Shown: one piece after another, positions 9,063 to 14,036 of the stretch
Layout: each line of letters starts with the position of its first letter
How positions within the stretch are numbered: the stretch's first letter is position 1
Assembly: GCF_006345805.1 (NCBI RefSeq)
Contig: NW_021825908.1
Coordinates: 1-14,036 of the forward strand
Direction: 5' to 3'
Length of the DNA: 14,036 bases
Origin: Octopus sinensis
Lineage: Eukaryota
Translations under genes and position numbers: made by a program
The notes under the pieces: model-generated
Told to the model about the DNA's origin: nothing
Database searches by the model: none
Seen by the model: the letters and a program-made list of their open reading frames with translations, nothing else

Positions 9063-9479
9063 AAAATTAAATAATAAGGGTAGAAATTGATATTAATCAA
9101 TTAAAACCAGTGGCTTAGCATATTTAAAAAAAACCAAAGATTAAAAATTGTGTTACATACAAAATTAAGAGGAATGACCACTAAAGTGGACACTTAATAT
9201 GCTAAATATAGACGTCCATGACGGCTTCTTAACCACAGCCGTTCCCACGTTTATTTTAATCTGGGATTTTGTTGTTCTTATTGTTGCAGCTGTTGTTGTT
9301 GCTTATAATCTTTGATATATTCGTATTCATTCGTTCATCCGTACTGTGTCGTGATGAGAAATTGCTGGGCCATTGAGATGGTCGTCAGATGCACTAAAAA
9401 TAACAGCTAAATAGGCCTTAAATCACGCACCCCAACAATGTTTTTTTTTTTTTTCTTTTTTTTTACTTAATCGTATGAA

Positions 9480-9835
9480 TTCCCGTGTGTAGAATATAAA
9501 TTCGCAAAAAAATTCCTGAAAATTACTCAAAATGAAAAAAGGTATGAGGAGTTACATATACGTAAAATGGAATTCCGGCAGCACTTCATTTGTTTACAGT
9601 TTCATATCAAAACATGCGCTATTTTCGGAATGTCACACAAAGAATGACATCTTCCAATATCCTGTTTTCTGACTGGGTGAAAATTATCAAACTTTAAACC
9701 TCTATAAATTTTTTTTTTTTTTTTTTTACTGAAAAAAGTGAAATATCTCCTGAGATTCAGCTTAGAAAACTACATATATATGCCAAATTTAAAAAAAATT
9801 TCAATGAACTTTGAAATTTCCACTGCTGCAGCCAA
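9480..9835. mobile_element. Possible non-autonomous DNA-transposon remnant, unclassified
   Basis: Blocks such as AAACTTTAAACCTCTATAA-T(n)-ACTGAAAAAAG and TGCCAAATTT...TTTGAAATTTCC resemble subterminal regions of MITE-like elements. No TIR pair was identified. Confidence 0.25.
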
Positions 9836-9875
9836 ACAGAAAAGATCCAATTATTAAATAATAATCATTTATACG

Positions 9876-10026
9876 CTAGGTACAAGGCCTTCAAAATTTA
9901 GGGTGAGGGCGTTAGTCGATTACATCAAACCAGTACTCAACAGGTACTCATTTCATCGGCCTCGAAGGGATGAAAGGCAAAAACCGACCTCGGCATGCTA
10001 ACGATTCTGCGAGCTCACTGCTTTAA
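9876..10026 (-). mobile_element. SINE family B, internally deleted copy
   Basis: Minus strand reads GCAGTGAGCTCGCAGAATCGTTAGCATGCCG|AGGTCGG...GCCTTTCATCCCTTCGAGGCCGATGAAATGAGTACC. The box B segment is lost between two GCCG motifs. Confidence 0.85.
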
Positions 10027-10056
10027 ATTGTTAAGTAATATTATGATGGTATTAAA

Positions 10057-10625
10057 GGCGGCGAGCTGGCAGAAACGTTAGCACGCCGGGCGAAATGCGT
10101 AGCCGTATTTCGTCTGTCGTTACGTTCTGAGTTCAAATTCCTACGAGGTCGACTTTGCCTGTCATCCTTTCGAGGTCGATAAATTAAGTACCAATTACGC
10201 ACTGGGGTCGATGTAATCGACTTAATACCTATGTCTGTCCTTGTTTGTCCCCTCTGTATTTAGCCCCTTGTGGGTAATAAAGAAATAGGTATTTCGTCCG
10301 CCATTACGTTCTGAGTTCAAATTCCGCCGAGGTCGACTTTGCCTGTCATCCTTTCGGGATCGATAAATTAAGTACCAATTACGCACTGGGGTCGATGTAA
10401 TCGACTTAATCCGTTTGTCTGTCCTTGTTCGTCCCCTCTGTGTGTAGCCCCTTTTGGTTGTAAAGAAAAAGGTATTTCGTCCGCCGCTACGTTCTGAGTT
10501 CAAATTCTGCCGAAAATTTTCATCTTTACGGGGTCGATAAATTAAGTACCAGTTGCGTACTGAGGTCGATCTAATCGACTGGCCTCCCCTCCCCCAAAAT
10601 TTCGGGCTTTGTGCCTAGAGTAGAA
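10057..10625 (+). mobile_element. Tandem trimer of SINE family B (one head, three bodies)
   Basis: Units start at 10104, 10288 and 10471 (period 184/183). Each has box B GAGTTCAAATTC and the GCCTKTCATCCTTTCGRGRTCGATAAATTAAGTACCA domain, which resembles the Meta/MESC SINE domain as recalled. Confidence 0.92.
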
Positions 10626-10672
10626 AAGGATATTATGACATAATTAAATATCAAACATAAAGACAAAAAGAA

Positions 10673-10871
10673 GGCGGTGAGCTAGCAGAATCCTTAGCAC
10701 GGCGGGCAAAATGCTTTGCGGTATTTCATCCGTCTTCGTGTTCTGAGTTCAAATTCCGCCGAGGTCGACTTTGCCTTTCATCCTTTCGGGGTCGATAAAA
10801 TAAGTATCAGTTGAACACTGGGAATCGATGTAATTAACTTATTGGACCTTGTGCCAAAATTTGAAACCAAT
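10673..10871 (+). mobile_element. SINE family B, full-length monomer
   Basis: Head GGCGGTGAGCTAGCAGAATCC, box B, shared central domain and tail GACCTTGTGCCAAAATTTGAAACCAA. An A-run follows at 10879-10903. Confidence 0.88.
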
Positions 10872-11316
10872 ACAGAGTAAAAAAAAAAAAAAAAAAAAAA
10901 AAAGCTCTTCTCTGTAAATTAAACGGTGCCATAAAAACTTTTACACTCCTTTCAAATGAGAATAAATTAAAAGGAAAATTGGAAGACTGAGTGAGGTGGC
11001 AGTGGGGTGGGGTTTGGGGGGGGACTGGTCAGAGGAGAAAGTCCAGTCCTTCATATCTCTCTCAGTAGTGAAAAAGACACGAATAAGTAGAACAACTACA
11101 GTAGGAAAAGAATCACAGTTTGTTTAAGAAAGAGAGAGAGGGGGATGGGGGAGGGAAAAGAGTAACAGGGACAGGGAGGTAGGAGGAAAGAGAACAAGGG
11201 TGAGTGAGAAGGAGGGAGAGGGAGAGGAAGATACACATATAGCTATAGAGAGGCTATGAGAGAAAGAGATGGAGAGAGAGAGAGAGAGAGAGAGGTGCAA
11301 ATACTGGGACAAAGAG

Positions 11317-11395
11317 CGTGTGTGTGTGTGCGTGTGTGTGCGTGTCTGCGTGCATGAATGTGTGTGTGTGTGTTGTGTGCGTGCGTGCATGAATG

Positions 11396-11442
<47 letters not shown>

Positions 11443-11856
11443 GTGTGTGCGTGCATGAATGTGTGTGTGTGTGCGTGCATGAATGTGTGTGCGTGCGTGC
11501 ATGAATGTGTGTGTGTGTGCGTGCGTGCATGAATGTGTGTGCGTGTTGTGGTGTGTGTGGCGTGCATGCATGTGTGTGTGTGTGTGTGTGGCGTGCGTGT
11601 GCGTGCGTGCATGAATTGTGTGTGTGGTGCGTGTGGTGTGTTGTGTTGCGTGTAATGTGTATGTGTGTGTGTGCGTGCATGAATGTGTGTGTGTGTGCGT
11701 GTATGTGTATGTGTGTGTGCGTGCATGAATGTGTGTGTGTGTGCGTGCATGAATGTGTGTGCATGTGTGTGCGTGCATGAATGTGTGTGTGCGTGTGTGC
11801 GTGCATGAATGTGTGTGCGTGTGTGTGTGTGTGTGTGCATGAATGTGTGTGTGTGT
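11317..11856. repeat. (GT)n-based minisatellite with 13 GCATGAAT interruptions
   Basis: Counted directly. Preceded by a purine-rich/(GA)n tract at about 11127-11294. Confidence 0.95.
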
Positions 11857-12267
11857 ATTGCGTTTTAGAAATAAGATTTTTACTTCTGGTTTGCTTATAT
11901 TTAAAAGGCAGGGTGGTGAGATTCTGTCTAATTATGAAGTGCTGTCTATTAAGAACTGTTTCGCGCACATTCCCTAACAGGACGCTGACACGTTTCTACC
12001 GATGCCGTTGTCAATCACTGAGTCACCGATGGCATTGTGTCATTGTGTGTTTTTTCTTTTCTTTTCTTTTCTTTTCTTTTCTAATTTTACTTTTGTTACG
12101 CTCACACCCACACCCACGCACTCCCCCCCACCCCACCCCACCCACTCTCACCTTCGCACTCCTCCGCCCTCAAACCCACCCACGCACTCCCCCACTCTCG
12201 CCTTCGCACTCCTCGCCCCCCATAGACACAGGAGTGGTAAATGTATTCTAACATGTCGCTTTGCTAG

Positions 12268-12313
12268 ACAAAAGCCATTCTTATGTCTTTGATTTCGATC
12301 CCTTGTCCTTTGG
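12268..12313 (+). CDS. Candidate 46-nt internal exon (KSHSYVFDFDPLSF or TKAILMSLISIPCPL)
   Basis: Branch-like CTAAC 12248-12252, acceptor TTTGCTAG (AG 12266-12267) and strong donor GG|GTAAGC at 12314. Two frames are open; the protein is not recognised. Confidence 0.3.
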
Positions 12314-12411
12314 GTAAGCAGTCAATTTCTTTTCAACTTACAGAAAAAGTTGCTCTGCGGCTGTTGCTTACAAATTCAATTGCTCTTTTTTTTTTCTTCT
12401 TCTTCCACCAC

Positions 12412-12845
12412 CTTACTCTTTACTCTTTACTCTTACTCTTTACTCTTTTACTTGTTTCAGTCATTTGACTGCGGCCATGCTGGAGCACCGCCTTTAGTCG
12501 AGCAAATCGACCCCGGGACTTATTCTTTGTAAGCCCAGTACTTATTCTATCGGTCTCTTTTGCCGAACCGCTAAGTGACGGAGACGTAAACACACCAGCA
12601 TCGGTTGTCAAGCAATGCTAGGGGGACAAACACAGACACACAAACACATACACACACATACATATACACATATATACATATATACGACAGGCTTCTTTCA
12701 GTTTCCGTCTACCAAATCCACTCACAAGGCATTGGTCGGCTCGGGGCTATAGCAGAAGACACTTGCCCAAGATGCCACGCAGTGGGACTGAACCCGGAAC
12801 CATGTGGTTGGTTAGCAAGCTACTTACCACACAGCCACTCCTGCC
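12412..12845 (-). mobile_element. SINE family A, full length (tRNA head + CORE-like domain + microsatellite + 3' module + (AAGAGTA)n tail)
   Basis: Minus strand reads GGAGTGGCTGTGTGGTAAG (box A), GGTTCAGTCCC (box B), GCGTGGCATCTTGGGCAAGTGTCTT (compare MIR CORE TGTGACCTTGGGCAAGT), an internal (TG/TA)n and a tandem tail at 12414-12453. Confidence 0.92.
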
Positions 12846-12893
12846 ACTTCTAATTTACATTTTTTTCTTTATATTTAGATATTTATTATTGAC

Positions 12894-13034
12894 TAGCGGT
12901 ATTTCGTCTGTCTCTACGTTCTGAGTTAAAATTCCGCCGAGGTCGACTTTGCCTTTCATCCTTTCGGGGTCGATAAATTAAGTACCAGTTACGCACTGGA
13001 GTCGATGTAATCGACTTAATCCGTTTGTCTGTCC
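12894..13034 (+). mobile_element. SINE family B, headless and tail-truncated copy
   Basis: Near-identical to array unit 2 from TAGCGGTATTTCG to CCGTTTGTCTGTCC. Confidence 0.9.
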
Positions 13035-13369
13035 TAAAACTTTGAGTCAAGGAGGTCTATATAACGTCCTTGTTTTGTAAAAATGTATACGGTAACATCC
13101 TTTATTATTATTATACATTTAACATAATGCAAACGTGTAGCTTTTTTGTGCATTTTGTTTGCAGAAAATAAAGAAATAACAGTAATAACTAATAACGTTT
13201 AATAAATGTTGCTTACTGCAAGTTATGGATGATTCTTTTATGACTTCATTGCTTTCAGGCTTAGCTTAAGGTAATTTCGCGCCCGACATCACAAAATACA
13301 TCTGAACAAACATTGTTGGACAGCAAATAGAGACTCGGACATGGCTTAGAAAATATTTTTCATTTTTAA

Positions 13370-13449
13370 CCTCGTATATACTATGCACTAGGGATTTTGA
13401 CCTTTAAATTTGGGGGAAAAATGCGGATTATACTCGAGGATTTACAGTA
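13370..13449. mobile_element. Terminal fragment of a pogo/Tc2-like DNA transposon
   Basis: Minus strand reads TA|CTGTAAATCCTCGAGTATAATCCGCA, resembling TA-CCGTA...CGAGTATAA..CGCA termini. An internal inverted echo occurs at CCTCGTATATACTATGCA 13370-13387 versus TGCGGATTATACTCGAGG 13422-13439. Confidence 0.5.
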
Positions 13450-13541
13450 TGCATACATATGTATGTAGGCATGTACATGTATGTGTATATATATATTATA
13501 TATATATATTATATATTTGTGTGTGTTTTTGTGTGTGTGTG

Positions 13542-13683
13542 TATTGGGCTGGTGCATAATTATTGCGGCTTTTTTCAACAAATTTTATTCAACAAAACGA
13601 TAACATGTAACAAAAGCATCTTTAAATGATTATTCTGGACCATATTCACCATCTACTTCAATTACTGCTTGCCATTTGCTTAG
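13542..13683 (-). mobile_element. 3' end of a second mariner family (Hsmar1-like TIR)
   Basis: TA|TTGGGCTGGTGCATAATTATTGCGGCTTTTT resembles the Hsmar1/MADE1 TIR TTAGGTTGGTGCAAAAGTAATTGCGGTTTT. The minus strand encodes the transposase C-terminus LSKWQAVIEVDGEYGPE* (stop 13630-13632). Confidence 0.85.
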
Positions 13684-13965
13684 CAGACACGTGTACCCTT
13701 AACGTAGTTCTCGGATGAGATTCAGCGTCACACAGAGTGTGACAAGGCCGGCCCTTTGAAATACAGGTACAAGAGAAATAGGAAGAAAGAGTGAGAGAAA
13801 GTTGTGGTGAAAGAGTATAGTAGGGTTCACCGCCACACCCTGCCAGAGGCTCGTGGAGCTTTAAGTGTTTTCGCTCAATAAACACTCACAACGCCTGGCT
13901 AGAAATCGAACTGCGATCTTACGACCGCGAGTCGGCTGCCCTAACCACTGGGCCATTGCGCCTCC
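13684..13965 (-). mobile_element. SINE family D, 3'-truncated copy
   Basis: The reverse complement aligns with 5619 to about 5902 up to GGGTACACGTGTCTG, then switches to mariner sequence. Confidence 0.9.
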
Positions 13966-14036
13966 ACACACACACATGCACCACACACACACACCACACA
14001 CACACACAACACATATATATATATATATACATACAT

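Noticed and set aside
9115-9205. 10-bp inverted repeat TTAGCATATT / AATATGCTAA
   Set aside because: AT-rich and short, with no TSD or other support for a MITE; it may be part of an unclassified repeat.
9350-9395. Minus-strand CUGACGA followed by a CCAU/AUGG hairpin
   Set aside because: No GAAA or cleavage triplet in register.
10057-10625. Regularly spaced repeats suggesting a CRISPR array
   Set aside because: The whole 183-nt unit repeats with no unique spacers, the units are SINE bodies, and the context is eukaryotic.
11124-11968. Longest ORFs in the track (238 and 241 aa, His/Thr-rich)
   Set aside because: Reverse translations of the GT minisatellite, which lacks stop codons by composition.
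13140-13200. Strong-looking acceptor TTTTGTTTGCAG at about 13164
   Set aside because: Followed by A-rich sequence with early stops in two frames and no good donor.

Overview
Eukaryotic, AT-rich, non-coding DNA dense in microsatellites and retroposons. The composition and tRNA-derived SINE types resemble a coleoid cephalopod (Octopus-like) intron or intergenic region; this is an inference, not a database match. Almost all ORFs in the supplied track are artefacts of simple repeats or decayed transposons. Recognisable content: at least four tRNA-head SINE families (including a tandem/inverted cluster at 9.9-10.9 kb), two mariner remnants, a pogo/Tc2-like end, an R4/Dong-like LINE zinc-knuckle fragment, a Helentron/HINE-like element and two small candidate host exons. 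The most notable signals are RNA-level. There are two complete minimal type I hammerhead ribozyme folds (183-239 on +, 2776-2846 on -), typical of Penelope-like elements or retrozymes. A third locus (8043-8152) carries hammerhead parts in a non-canonical order, and a GT-repeat array carries 15 UGCAUG motifs on one strand.
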